The translations under genes were made by a program, and so were the position numbers. Positions 37,801 through 50,300 of a stretch of DNA of 64,000 nucleotides are shown here, piece by piece. The stretch is from positions 159,526,001 to 159,590,000 of the forward strand of contig NC_082708.1 in NCBI RefSeq assembly GCF_030144855.1. Direction: 5' to 3'. The stretch comes from Hypanus sabinus (lineage: Eukaryota). The notes under the pieces were generated by a model. The model searched no databases. It was not told the DNA's origin and saw only the letters and a program-made list of their open reading frames with translations. Numbering within the stretch: the first letter of the stretch is position 1; every line of letters starts with the position of its first letter.

Positions 37801-40800
37801 GGAGAAGGCCACTTGGCTCCTGAAACCCTGCCCCAGCATTTAATGTGAACATGGCTGCTCTCCCCCAGGCCTCAAACTTTGTGCAATATCCCAGCTGTGG
37901 CCTCAGCACGTCTATACAATTGAAACACTATTTCCTCATTTCTAACTCCAATCCCCTGTAACGGCCAAGGAGCCATTTACCTTCCTAAGCACTCGATGCA
38001 CCTGCCTGCTTTCATTTGTGATTCATGCACACAACACCGAGATCCCTTCGTACAGGGAACAGAAGAGGTCATTAGATTATCACTTTTTCCATTTAATTAA
38101 GAAGACACGGCATATGAGATTGCCTGGCTATCAACTTTAACGAGATGTATTCATTGGAGTTCAGAACTATGAGGTGCAACCTTACTCAAATATACTAGGT
38201 CCCAAAGGGGTTTGATGGGACAGAGCTGAGATGTTTATTTTCAGCTATGATGATAAAGGCATATGAATATGCATGGAATGGAGCAATATAGTTCACTTGC
38301 AGGCAGCAGACAATAAGCTTATTTCAATGTCATTTTCGGTATAGACATGGTGGGTCAAAGGGCATGTTCCTGTGCTATACTGTTCTACATTCTCACGAGT
38401 GGTAGGGTCATGAACAAGGGGCCATAACGGCAAGACAGGTAGCTGATCATTTAAAATAGAGGCGTTTAGAAATTTCTCTCTTTGATGGTTTTGAAAATCT
38501 GGAACTCTCTGCCAAGTGCAGTGGAGGTCAGATCATTAGATATTTAAGGTGGAGACAGACAAATTTGGAAGATCAAGGAATTGAGGACTGTAGGGAACTG
38601 GCACAGAAAAGGAACTGAGGCCGGTATAGATCAGCTCTGATCATATTGAATGATGGGGCAGGCTTGAGTGGCCTACTATTTTGTTGTGAGCTTTTCAATC
38701 AGTGGGTGTCTCACTCCTTCCATCCCACTCTCCCCCACCGGACCTTTATTCCTGTAGTGAGGATGGAAGAAAGTCCAGCCTATCACGGTTTCACTGACAA
38801 CTCCTTTCCGCCTGCCATCCATACCTCTGAACTCCTTCCAACTGGTCACTTGTGTAGGCCTTTGCCGTCTCCGTTTTCTTCTCCTTCTCTGGCATGGCCC
38901 CATTTTCAGTTGGGCCCGTAGACTTTGCCTGGTTAGGTTTGCCCGATTCAGGGCGCTGTCGTGGACCACCAGCTGCACTTCCATTCTTAGTGATAGCATC
39001 TATTAGTGCTAAAAGGAGCAAGGAGATAAATAAAGGACATGGTTAGGGCAGAGGGAGTACAGATTGATTCCGGGATGGTGAAAACCGAGAGATAAAGCAG
39101 CCAGGGCCTAAGTCTCTGGGGTCCTTTGACTCAGTGTAATGTTGACCTCTTAACCTACTCCAAGATCAATCTAATGTTTCCTTCCATTTTTCTTTCATCC
39201 AAGTCTCTAAGTTTCACTAATGATTCTGCCTCCACCAGCAATCCCTACAGTGCATTCTGGGCACCGAACACACTCAAGGTAACAAAACCTACCTCTCACA
39301 TCCCTCCCCTATACTTTCTTCCAGTCACCTTAAAATTATGTCCATGCATAATAACCACTTCCACCCTGGGAAAAGCATAACCTTTTGGAATATAAGCGAT
39401 GATCTAACTGGTGTAAATCTTCATTACAGAACCTACAGGATTGACAGAGGGATACAATACCGAGCATCCAGAGCTGGAGGTGACACTTCAGTCCAAAGGC
39501 TCAACCTTTCAGACGGAGATGAGGAGAAATTTCTTCAGCCAAACAGAGAGTTCAATTGTTAGAATTTGCTACCACCTATCAAGGCTGCAGAGGCTCAAGT
39601 ATTTTCAGATCAGCGATCAATAGATTTTTTAGATAATAAGAGAAACAATAGGGTTAGGATGGAGGGAAAAGATTATCCAGTATCTCTTAGCAGCCAGCAT
39701 TTTAATTCCTCCAACAACAGGTTAGTTCATGATGTCCTCTACTGCCTCATACACTACCTTGCTAGTCTGCAAGCTAACAGAATGAATGTTGATTTTTCCA
39801 ACTTCTGGTAACCACTCCCCTCACCCACTTTCACCCAGCCCCCATTTCCCCTTTCCACCGCTCCGCCCTCTTGTTCTGCCCATTCCCACATATTCCTACT
39901 AACAGTTCCCTCTCTCTCTTTATTCCATGGCTCACTGTCCTCTCCTATTAAATTCCATCTTCTTCAGCTCAGCCTCTTCCACCTATCACCTCCTAGCTTT
40001 GTACAACATCCCCATTCTCTTCCTCCCTCCCTCCATCCTATCACTTGGATTCATCAATCACCAGCCAGCTCTTGCTACAACCTTGCTCTAGCCCCACCCA
40101 TTTTACACCCACCATCTCCCATCCTAGTCCAGATGAAGATTCACAACTTGAGGCGTCGACTTCGCTGCCTGACGTGCTGTCTTCCTCCAGTATTTGCAAA
40201 GGATGGATTAGAGGATCGGGCACAAATGGCCTAGTCCTGATTCTGTTTTGTCACGTTCTGAAGCTGAAGGGAAAAAGTGCCAGAGGAACAGATACCTCTC
40301 CAACCCCAGTGTGCAGCTGCAGCTTCCTGAATCCCCAGGAGTTCCCACCACAACATCAGCGTCCCCAAAGACACAGCGGTGTGCAATCAGCAGTGGCAAA
40401 GCTGCCAACTCTGGGATAATTTACAGCGCACCACCCTTCACTGTTTAGTCAGATGGCAATAGAATGGCTCTGAATTGTTTTAATGGAGCCTTACTCTCTC
40501 CCTCCTTCAAGCCATCTCCAGGTTATTTCACATTATTTAGTAGACACCCTGCGTCACCCCCTTTATTCAATCCTCCATTAGGAGCAACTTGGGCTTATTT
40601 GGAGGACAGCATACTGGAGAGTGTGTGCATCATCAATGGCCACTCTGAGAGCACAACAGTCATAATCCAACTGTCCAAAATGTAAGGTCTTCAAGTACAA
40701 GCCACTAACACAGCCATACACCTGCTCTACCCACAAACTGACTTCCCCCACAAAAATCACAGCCAGTAACCCCTACTCTATATTATTTGACCCTTACCTC

Positions 40801-43800
40801 ACATCCCTGTCCCAAGGATCAATTTTGTGAACAGTAAGATCCACATGAAAGTGAGCAGGCAATCTCATTATAGTAATACTATCTGCAGAAAAAGTACCCA
40901 CTTCGAGGTACTGGGGAGATATCTCTTGCTCTTCAAAATCACATTAAGGGAATTTTAACATTCTTCTATACCAGGACAGGCTATATCAGCTTAATGTCTT
41001 ATCAAACTACAGAAGGAAATGCAGAAGGATCTCTGACTGATGAACTTAGCTTCCATATCATAAGCCAATACCAAGAATGAGTTAAGTTTTGAAAGCAAGT
41101 TCCTCAGATTTTATCAGTGGAAAAACTTGGCTGGGGTCTGAGATCAACTTGTCCAGAGAAAACAGCACCGTTAAAAGTATCATGACTGGTTATATCATGG
41201 TTTAATGCTGCAATTCAACGTGCAGGAACACAAGCTACAGAGAGTCCTGGACTCAGCCCAACACATCAAGGATACATCCCTGCCCACTACTTGTAATATT
41301 AACAGGAGGCATGGCCTCAAGAAAAAAAGCCATCCATCAAGGACCACCACTATCCAGTCTATGCCATCTTCTCACAGCTACCATTGGCCAGGAGGTAGAG
41401 AAGTTTGACGTCCCACACCGCTATGTTCAAGAACAGCTAATTCCTTTCAACATTCAGTTCTTGAATGAAATGTCCAAAGTCTAACCACTACAGATTAGCA
41501 ATACTATGACCACCTTGACCTAAAATGGACATTTTTGTTCTGTGTTCTTTCTTGTAAAAAAAATTTGATAATTTACATTTGTGTTTTGTGCATATGATGC
41601 TATGTGCCTGTGATACTGTGATGTTTACATTGTACCTGTGTGGAAAGAAAATATCAGCATGGAGTTCTAGCCTCCTGGTGTTCAAACCAAAAGTAAAGAA
41701 AACTCGTCAGACAGTGGGTACTCCCCATGTGAAATTTTTATGAAATTTATGGTTGCTGGCGATGGAAGAATTCTTCCAACTGTGGAGCACTGCAGAGCCA
41801 ATCATTGGGGGTGTAAGATTCCATCACATCCAATAAGACTGAATAAGATCTGGGAGATCTGTCAGCACATGGACAGGCACTTCCCAGCTTGGCACTGGCA
41901 GCACTCCAGAGGAGTAAACTAGTTTATCATTATCACTTGTACCAAGGTCCAGTGAAAAATATTTGGATGCCATCCATACAGTACAAGGGAAAATCAACAA
42001 CAGAATGCAGAATATTGTTAGTTAGTGAGAAAGTGTAGTGCAGTTAGGCAATAAGGTGCATCGTCATCGCAAGGTAGACTGTGAGATCAAAGACCCTTCT
42101 TATTGTACTAGAGGACTGTCTTACTTCAGGAGGATAGAAGCTGTCCTTGAGCCTGGTGGTATGTGCTTTCAGGCTTTTGTATATTCTGCCTGATGAGCAA
42201 GGGAAGAAGAGAGAATGTCCAGGTTGGGTGAGGTCTTTGATTATATTGGTTGCTTTCCATGATGTGCTACATCCATAACCCCGCAGTTACAGCGTAAAGC
42301 CTAGGTGCCAAACCTCAGAATTAAGTGAGCGTCTCTCTCTTTCAACCCTGCCAAACACCAGCCTTCACAGGCTGCCTCTGCGATAAGGCAAGGCAAGGCA
42401 TGTGGTGGAGATCATTTTATGCCTGTGATCTAAGTTCATCAGGCTCACGATTCAGCTGCAGGAGAGCAGAGGTTCATAGCACTGTCAGTGATGTACGCAG
42501 ACATGGAATGATAAAATCAATCATTTCAGCACCAGTTCCATTCTCATTCTGGTTCCTGAGTGCTGAGCAAGCCAGTGCGATGGTACATAAGTTCTATGTT
42601 CATTATCACTCAGAAGCTGGTTATAATAAACTCAAACTTATGGACTCATTCAAAGTTCAAACTACTGTATCAGGGAGGAGAGAACTTGCTCCTACCCCAG
42701 TTCAAGGAGTGGGAGATGACAGAGGCACATTGTAGCAAGGGGCAGCTGCTACACACCAACTACCACAGAGCAAGTCCTGGTGCAGAGGCAAGGAAGTACA
42801 AGATTATTGGAGACCAGACAATGTTGCACAGACTTAGCAAACATACATGGACACAAAAACACTCAGACCCCATCCTACCACACCTCCATCTACAGCAGGA
42901 GAGCTTTCAATTTCCTTGTCCAATATCTGCAATGTGATTCTTTTCCAAAGAACAACAACGACCATGAACTCGTAGGCAGCAGAGCATCAAGAGTCAGATT
43001 TATTTATCACACCTACATCAAAACAAACAGTGAAATGTGTCATTTACATTAACAACCAACACACCAAGCATGTGCTGATGTCGCCTGGCCACAGAATAGC
43101 AAAAATCCTCAAACAGGATCTCACTGGAGTGGGTGGACCAAATGTCCTGCTACTCTGCAGCATACTGAGTACACAGAGTCAAAGCAATCCTTTGATAATC
43201 AAAAGCAACGCACAAAGGAGCTGGAGGAACACCATCCTAGGCAGCACGTCAAGCAGAAGGGTCCTGAAATGTCAACCATCCATTTTCCTCCATAGATGCT
43301 GATTGACCAGCCAAATTCCTCCAACTCCTTTGGGTGTTGATCTACATTTCCAGAATCTGCAGTTTCTTCATGTCACACCTCTGTCACTCCCAATATATTA
43401 CATTAACGGGACAAATACGTCAGTGTTACTAGGCATGAAGTCTAGTGCAGCCTTACAAGAATTTCCATTCTGCCTCATTGGTCAAACTGTTCAGTCAAAT
43501 GTGTATATTGCTGTATGATATAGAGGCCATTAGTCCAATTAGATAAATGCTGTTCTCGCAGTAATCTTACTGACACACCTATTTAACAGCAACTTTTTCT
43601 TCCCCAGGTGCTCAGTTTCCATCCCTCCCACTAGGGAGAACATACAATAACTAATCAACCACCCCATGCATCTTTGTGACATGGGAGGAAACCAGAGGGT
43701 CCAATACAATCACACAAAGTTTGTGCAAACTCCACACAGACAGTTCAGTTAATGTCCAACCATTTTTGAGGGTTTCAGATCATTGTGCCTGCCCTTTGAG

Positions 43801-46800
43801 ATTGTGGCAAAAGTTTTCAAAGATTTCAAAACTGTCTAACCTATACCTAATCAACTCCTTGTTTAAAATAACTATTTGCTGCTTAGTCATGGTAATGCAC
43901 CATTAAAAATAAAGCCTTCGGTCTAACTTGTCCATGATGACCATCAAGATAGTTATATTTGCCTGCATTTCGTCCTTTTTCCCCTCTAAATTCCTCTTAT
44001 CTAAATGTTTTGTTGTTCCAAGTCCTGTTTAAATTAAACTGCATCAGGTACGCAAAACATCACTGGGAGATCAAGTTAATAAAGGCCACTGGACCCAAAT
44101 GATCAAGCTCATGCCTCTACTTTCAAAACTCCATTCATAAATCCTTGGTACTTCTAGTTTAGAGCTTTAAAATGTTTAAGCAATAAATCCAAATTATGGT
44201 ATTGCTTTTAACCCTCAGCACCCTACAGATTGATGCAGGAGCTTCCTTGTAAAACATTAAATTGTACTAAGAGTCACAGAACAATGTAGCACTTTGTAGA
44301 ATGCCTTCCTGCTTCAAAATATCCACCACTGTCCCTGAACCAAAAAAGACCAAGGTAACATGTCTGAACGACTGGTACCCTGTCACACTCACCTGAATAT
44401 GCTTTGAGAGGCTGGTCAAGGATTACATCTGCAGCTTGCTACCACCCAAACCGGACCCCACACAATTCGCCTACCGACACAAGTGATTGACAGGTGACGC
44501 ATGCCGTCCTTACACATCTGGAGAAGAATGCTGATATGTGAACTAGGGTTCAGCATTCAACTCAATAATTCCATCCAGGCTCAACAAGAAGCTCAGAGAC
44601 CTTGGCCTTGACCCTGACTTGTGCAGCTGGATCCTGGACTTCCCGTCAGATCGCCAGCAGGTGGTAAGAGGGGGCTCCCTCAACTCCACACCTTTAACTC
44701 TCAACACAGGAGCCCCTCAGGGCTGTGTACTAAGTCCCCTCCTTTACTCTCTGTATATCCATAACTGTGTTGCCACCCACAGCTCTAATCTGCTAATTAA
44801 ATTTGCCGATGATTGACCTAATCTCAAACAATAACGAGGTGGCCTACAGGGAAGAAGTCATCACCCTGACACAGTGGTGTCACGAAAACAATCTCTCCCT
44901 CAATGTCACAAAAACAAAGGAGCTGGTTGTGGACTACAGGAGGAATGGAGACGGGCTGACCCCAATGGCTATCAGTGGATCTGGGGTTGAGAGGGTGAAC
45001 AGCTTTAAGTTCCTCGGCATCCACATCACCAAGGACCTCAGGTGGTCTGTACATACCAGCTGTGTGGTGAAAAAGGCACAACAGCGCCTCTTTCACCTCA
45101 GACAATTGAGGAAGTTTGGTACGGGCACCAAAATCATAAGAACTTTCTACAGGGCACAATTGAGAGCATCCTGACTGGCTGCATCACTGCCTGGTATGGG
45201 AACTGTACTTCCTTCAATCACAGGACTCTGCAGAGAGTGATGCGGACAGCCCAGCGCACCTGTAATTGTGAACCTCCTGTGATTCAAGACATTTACAAAG
45301 ACAGGTGTGAGAAAAGGGCCCAAAGGATCATTGGGGACATGATTCACCTCAACCACAATCTGCTGCAGCTGCTACCATCCAGGAAACGGTACTGCAGCAT
45401 AAAAGCCAGGACCAACAGGCTCCGGGACAGCTTTTTCCACCAGGTCAGTTTAACTCATGCTGATTTGAGTGCATTTCTATGTTAAATCGACTGTTCCATT
45501 TATTATAAATTACTATAATTGCACATTTACAGATGAAATGTAAAGATTTTTTATCCCTTATGTATGTGGAGGATGCAAGAAATAAAGTCAACTAAATTCA
45601 ATTCAAACACAAGTCCAATGGCCCAACTGGCCCGTGCTGCTAGTCTCATTTACACCAAGTCCCTTTAAACCTTTCTATTCATATACTTGTCCAAAGGGTA
45701 ATAATGATCCGTCTAATGCTTACTACGTTGGAGCATTATCAAATAGAGCTTGACAGAGATTCATTCAAGATACTAAGTCAAGTGACCGAAAGCTCACTCA
45801 GTGCAGGAGGTCTCATTTTACAAAAAAAATATTAAGGTTCAGCAAGAAATATTCAAGGAGAAAACCACAGATCATATATCCTTGAGGGTTGAAGGCCGGG
45901 ACAAATTAAAGTCAAGGCCATTTTCTCTTGAAGAGGCCACTCAACCCAATAACTCTATGTGGGTTTCCAAAACGAGCTCACCTAATCCATTCCCCCATTT
46001 TCCCCCTTGTAACCTATTCTCCCCACATTCTCATTAACTTCTCCCAGACTGGAATCATGCAGCGCTTAACAAGCCCTTTGGCCAACTCATACATATACAT
46101 GCCAGTTCTACCAAATATCTACCCTAGGGGAAATCCACAGCAAACCATGGGTTGCAGGAGGAAACTCATGTAGTTACAGGCAGAACATGAAAACTCCACA
46201 CAGACAGCACCAGATGTCAGAGTCAAATTTGGGTCACTGGAACCATGAGGCAGCAGCTCTACCTGCGGGGCTGACAATCTGCTACATTTGGTATCTAGCT
46301 AGTTACCTAGGAGGCTACTGAGACAAGATGTCAAAATCTCGAGGGGATTACAAAAAGAAGCATGGCTGGCCAAAGTTCAAAGTAAAATTCATTTTCAAAG
46401 TACCTATATGTCACTATATACAACCCTGAGATCCATTTACTTGCAGGTATACTCAGTAAATCCATAATAGAATAATAACCAGCACAGAATCAATGAAAGA
46501 CCACACCAACTCGGGTGTTGAAACCAGTGTGCAAAAGGTAACAAACTCTACAAATACAAAAACAATTAATAAAAATAAATAAGTAAGCAATAAGTATCAA
46601 GAACATGACATGGAGTCCTTGAAAGTGAGTCCATAGGTGTGGGAAAATTTCAATGATGGGTCGAGTGAAGTTCAGTGAAATTATCCCCTTTGATTCAAGA
46701 ACTTGATGGTTGAGGGGTAATAAAAGTTCCTGAACCTGATGGTGAGAGTCCTGAGGCTCCTGTACCTGAGAAGATAGCATGACATGAGTGTTGGGTGTCC

Positions 46801-49800
46801 CTAATGATGGATGCAGTTCCCTGCAACAATGCTCCATATAGATGTACTCAATGTTGGGGTGAGCTTTATCCATGATGGACTAGGCCGTATCCATTAGTTT
46901 TTGTAGGATTTTCCATTCAAGGGCACTGGAGTTTCCATACAAGTTTGAGTTGCAGCCAGTCAATATACTCTACATCATACATCTATAGAAGTTTATCGAA
47001 GTTTTAGATGTAATGCTGAATCTTCACAAACTCTTATTGAAAAAGAGGCACTGTCGTGCTTTCTTTGTGATTGTACTTAATGTGCTGGGCCCAGGACAGG
47101 TCCTCTGAAATGATAACACTGAGCAATTTCAAGTTGCTGTCCCTCTCCACCTCCGATAAGGACTAGCTCTTGGAATTCTGATTTCCTCCTCCTTAAGTCA
47201 ATAATCAGCTCCTTGGTCTTGCTGACATTGAGTAAGAGGTTTTTGTTGTTATGGCACCACTCAGCCAGATTTTCAACCTTTCTCCTACAAGCTGATTTGT
47301 AACCACTATTGATTCAGGAGTCATTGAAGTTTGGGCATGTACAGGGTAAAAAGCATACTGTATGAAAGGATATGGCAGCGAAATTCTGTGCAAGTAGAAC
47401 CTGGGAGCTATACACATGCACCAGAATAACAAATTCCAGACTCGGTAACAAAGGTCCGAGTTGGTCAGTGGTGTAGTGGCATCAGCACTGGACTTCAAGG
47501 CGGATGGTCCCGAGTTCGAAGTTCAAGCCAGGTCCCAAACTGGTTACTTATGTAACTTGCCACGAAAAGGTCAATAAAAAAAAAAGTGAGATACCAAGAA
47601 GGCAAGTACCAGAAGAACCTGTAACCCAAGCTGGGACCACAGAAAACAAGACAGGATGGAGTGACACTGAACCTCCAGTACACCCTGTTAATTTAAATCA
47701 TGCGATCCAAGTGTAAATTTAAAGTAGGGAAGTTACTTTGAGATGAACCCTAATAACTAAGCTCAAAACATTCTACTCCTCAAATGGTCCAAATAAAGAA
47801 GTCCAAAATACCCTAACCCTTGAAATTGCATGGCTTTCATTATTTTGGTCCATAGGAATAAAACAAGTCAGGCCTGATCAATCCTGACTGGGTTGCCTAG
47901 GTGAGGCTGTTTAGTGATTAAAGACATGAAACACTTGAAGACCCCAGGTTTCATGAATGATGATGTGTCCCAGTGCATACCTGGTTAATTAAGCCGTGTT
48001 GTTGGAGCAAGTTAATGAAAGGCATGGGCCAGATTAAAGTGGCTGCACAACCGTAACCTTTACCTCCTGACCCTTTGTCCCCCCCAGCCCCACATAAACC
48101 CTAACCCTAATGTTCAAGGGCCCACACATCCCAAATAACCCTAGCCACACCCCCACAAATGAGCTGACAACACCAGGTCCCATCATCCCATGTCTCTCCC
48201 CATGGGGAGGCCTGCATCTCCATCTCCCAACCCTACACCCCTCCTACATACCCCCATAAACACTAACTCACACCTCAGCACTCATTCCCTGCAATCCAAC
48301 ATCACTCCCACATCAATCATAAGCAGTAACCCCATCACTTTAGCATACACATAACCACTAACATTTGTGCCAGGAGGAAGATCACAATAAAGGCAAGTGT
48401 TAATGAAAGTCTGGCCCAAAGCAAAGCGGCAGGTTTGCGTGATACTGAATCTTGAGTGACAAGATCAAGAAGCACAAAAGGGTTGATCTTCCCACTGCCT
48501 ACATAATCACGAAAACCCCAACTACATTATCCAGAGTTGCCCTGAGTTGACAACAACTCAACGGCAACGAAGCCCCACAGTCTGCCAGTACAACACAAGA
48601 ACAGGCCCTTCACCCAGTGTGACAAATATAATGCCAAATTACTCTAAATCTCTTCTGCCTATACATGATCCATATTTGTGTCTACCCAACAACCGCAAAA
48701 CACCACTAATTTTAATTTTACATCCAGTCCAGCAGACCATTTCAGCCATCCACCACTTTGTAATAAAAACCTGCCCCCCCCCCCTTAAATGCATGTCCAC
48801 TAGTGTTGACATTTCTACTTTTTAAAAGACGGCAGATAGTCAAAAACCAATCTATGCCTCATAAACTTTGTCTTCAGTCTCCAATCCCAGTTTGTCCAAC
48901 GTCGCCTTATTGATTAAAAGGTTCAATGTGGTATGACTGTTGCTGATCAGGACTGCGGGAGATTCAATCCAAAGATATGAACAAAATCTTGTTGCATTGC
49001 AGGTATCACCTTTTTAACACTGCAAGTAATTTATTTGTTTTCTGGAAGGCATTTTTAAGCTTTGCCTAATACCACTCACATTATGACTTGCTGAACCATT
49101 TCAGGAAAAAATAAGAAGTCAATTACGCTGGCGGGACTGGAGTCAAAAATAGACCTGACCAGGTAAGGGACGGCCGTTTTCCTTCCCCGAATCGGATTGG
49201 TGAAGCAAAGGACTTTTTTTATAAAATTTAATTGCTTGTTCGAAATCGTTTCTGATATTAGTTTCTTAAAGAGAAACAAACGTTGAAGCAAAATGTAAAC
49301 CTGTCCCTGGACATCTATTGTACTCCTCTGCATACCACTGAGTATCTTCGATTTTCGAATCCGCATTTATCAGGGTAAAAAAACTTCCATCTGCCGTGAT
49401 ATCACGTGGATTCTTCTGACGAAATCCAGCCAGGCTTTTTTTATAATCTAAACTGCACTCAACCCGACCAGTTAATTTACAACATACCGGCCTACAAGCC
49501 CGTTTTCAGTCGCGATCGTCGATGTGCTAATTAAAACAACGAGAATTCGGAAGAGATGACGGTGCACAATGCAGGATCACCTCCGCGGCTCCCGGGCTTC
49601 ACTGACAGCCGTGCCGAGCCCACACACGGGACTCACTCACCGAGCCCGAATGACCCCGGTCCGCCGAACTGGAACCGGGGCTTGCCGTGGAACTCAACAC
49701 CAAAGAGCCTCGGCCTTTTCCTTCGAAGTACGACCCCGTTTTATCTTTGTAGATTCTGCAAACTCACCTTTCGCCTCGGCAGATGGGTACAGCTTCTCCG

Positions 49801-49900
49801 CCTTGTTTAGGAATTTCAGCGCTTTGTCTTGGTCGCCATCCTGCAGCGCCTTACGGGCTATCCTCAAGCACTTCTCCGCTTCGTCTCTGTTTCCTTCCAT
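19736..49900 (-). CDS. DNAJB14: DnaJ homolog subfamily B member 14 (ER-membrane Hsp40), complete spliced CDS: join(49768-49900, 38825-39008, 34752-34897, 32225-32407, 26746-26834, 24523-24632, 23536-23708, 19736-19860), 1143 nt, 380 aa
   Basis: N-terminus [11 protein letters not shown] (DNAJB14-type rather than DNAJB12 MESNKDEAERC); J domain with HPD; G/F region [16 protein letters not shown]; one TM helix; luminal DUF1977-like tail ending LYRGG*. All introns GT-AG, phases consistent. Lies between H2AZ1 and LAMTOR3. Confidence 0.96.
20493..20675 (+). repeat. Copy B of a ~183-bp direct repeat (DNAJB14 intron 7)
   Basis: Colinear with 19161-19343. Confidence 0.85.
21055..21320 (-). mobile_element. 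V-domain SINE copy
   Basis: Reverse complement of the 13835 SINE core (tgtgggaggaaaccagagc...ggaattgaacc). Confidence 0.7.
23536..23708 (-). CDS. DNAJB14: DNAJB14 exon 7 (DUF1977-like)
   Basis: cag|TGCTG...GGAGA|gtaag; 173 nt; [23 protein letters not shown]...[12 protein letters not shown]. Confidence 0.95.
24523..24632 (-). CDS. DNAJB14: DNAJB14 exon 6 (transmembrane helix)
   Basis: cag|GGAGGA...CGAGC|gtaag; 110 nt; [36 protein letters not shown]. Confidence 0.95.
26746..26834 (-). CDS. DNAJB14: DNAJB14 exon 5
   Basis: ttttag|GTAGTG...GCAGAC|gtacgt; 89 nt; [30 protein letters not shown]; restores phase 0 for exon 6. Confidence 0.88.
27517..27550 (+). repeat. (TTATTAC)n short tandem tail, probably a LINE 3' end
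   Basis: Follows gatcaataaagta; about 4.5 units. Confidence 0.6.
27730..28075 (-). mobile_element. Rex1/Babar-like LINE fragment
   Basis: ORF 27799-28080 [20 protein letters not shown]; RT-proximal motifs. Confidence 0.6.
29700..29890 (+). mobile_element. V-domain SINE copy (deleted)
   Basis: caggttcaattcc B box; ccagtttcctcccacattccaa core. Confidence 0.6.
30319..30532. mobile_element. Tigger-type MITE
   Basis: Right TIR cgtaaagcggggacacctg plus TA; decayed left TIR after TA at 30317; internal cgtaaagcgaa-like subrepeats. Confidence 0.6.
32225..32407 (-). CDS. DNAJB14: DNAJB14 exon 4
   Basis: cag|CAATTGG...GCAG|gtatg; 183 nt; [22 protein letters not shown]...[13 protein letters not shown]. 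Confidence 0.96.
32620..33670 (+). mobile_element. Old CR1 LINE 3' fragment
   Basis: [32 protein letters not shown]; 3' segment [12 protein letters not shown]. Confidence 0.8.
34752..34897 (-). CDS. DNAJB14: DNAJB14 exon 3 (J domain, HPD motif)
   Basis: cag|GATAAAG...TTTAAAG|gtgag; 146 nt; [48 protein letters not shown]. Confidence 0.96.
35030..35775 (+). mobile_element. Rex1/Babar-like LINE 3' fragment
   Basis: [23 protein letters not shown]; tail attaaacaatcttgaa. Confidence 0.65.
36410..37285 (+). mobile_element. Old CR1 LINE 3' fragment
   Basis: [17 protein letters not shown]; tggtgaatctgtggaattcattg 3' motif, shared with 30870-31270, 22630-22910 and others. Confidence 0.78.
38825..39008 (-). 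CDS. DNAJB14: DNAJB14 exon 2
   Basis: ttttag|CACTA...CAGAG|gtatg; 184 nt; [11 protein letters not shown]...[13 protein letters not shown]. Confidence 0.94.
39755..40200 (+). mobile_element. Degenerate Penelope-like 3' fragment
   Basis: [17 protein letters not shown] matches the endonuclease C-terminus; pyrimidine-rich UTR; decayed hammerhead near 40126-40161. Confidence 0.65.
44315..45605 (+). mobile_element. 5'-truncated Rex1/Babar-like LINE (RT plus DUF1891-like region)
   Basis: [74 protein letters not shown]; tail aataaagtcaa(ttcaa)n. Confidence 0.88.
46370..47250 (-). mobile_element. Rex1/Babar-like LINE 3' fragment
   Basis: Reverse-strand homology to 44900-45600 (aagaaagcacgacagtgcctc; tggaaactccagtgccc). 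Confidence 0.65.
47461..47570 (+). mobile_element. tRNA-headed SINE fragment (second family; relatives at 7131-7235 and 20279-20450)
   Basis: A box tggtgtagtgg; B box gagttcgaa; no complete cloverleaf. Confidence 0.55.
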
Positions 49901-50300
49901 CTTTTAAACCCCTCCGCCTCGCCCGGCGACTCAACCAGGAAATAAGCAGATTCCACACACGCACACAAGCCAGCAACGCACCATTAGATTGCAATCCGGC
50001 TCAGCAGGTCACCCCGAACAAAAGGTGTGCCCGCTGCTGAAATATACTTGCTGCTCTGATTTATTGCAAAATTGTTTTTTTAAAACATTTGCTTTTGTTA
50101 GAGGCGAAATATAGGTTCCGAATCGTCGAGTAGTTGCCCTCTGGCCCGCAAGCTGCACCAATGAGATCGGGCTGTACCAGATTTTCCAGTCCCCGCCTTA
50201 TTGGTGTCTGGCTTGTGTGTGTTATTGATGAGAGCAATATACTTTCCTCCTTGCCGGAAAGACTGGCCCTGTTGCAATGGTGATTGGGAAATGTTTCTTT
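49480..50300 (-). promoter_or_regulatory. DNAJB14 CpG-rich promoter / exon 1 region
   Basis: Local CpG enrichment; CCAAT near 50158; GC box CCCCGCC near 50191; ATTGG near 50200. Confidence 0.65.
49768..49900 (-). CDS. DNAJB14: DNAJB14 exon 1 coding part
   Basis: ATG at 49900; [44 protein letters not shown]; G|gtgag; 133 nt. Confidence 0.96.

Noticed and set aside
47461-47535. Possible tRNA gene
   Set aside because: A and B boxes are present, but there is no acceptor stem or full cloverleaf; it is a SINE head, as at 7131 and 13835
48097-48110. Interstitial telomeric repeat (AACCCT)n
   Set aside because: Only about 2 units; compatible with chance
50155-50210. ER-stress element (CCAAT-N9-CCACG) in the DNAJB14 promoter
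   Set aside because: CCAAT boxes are present but CCACG is not at the required spacing on either strand
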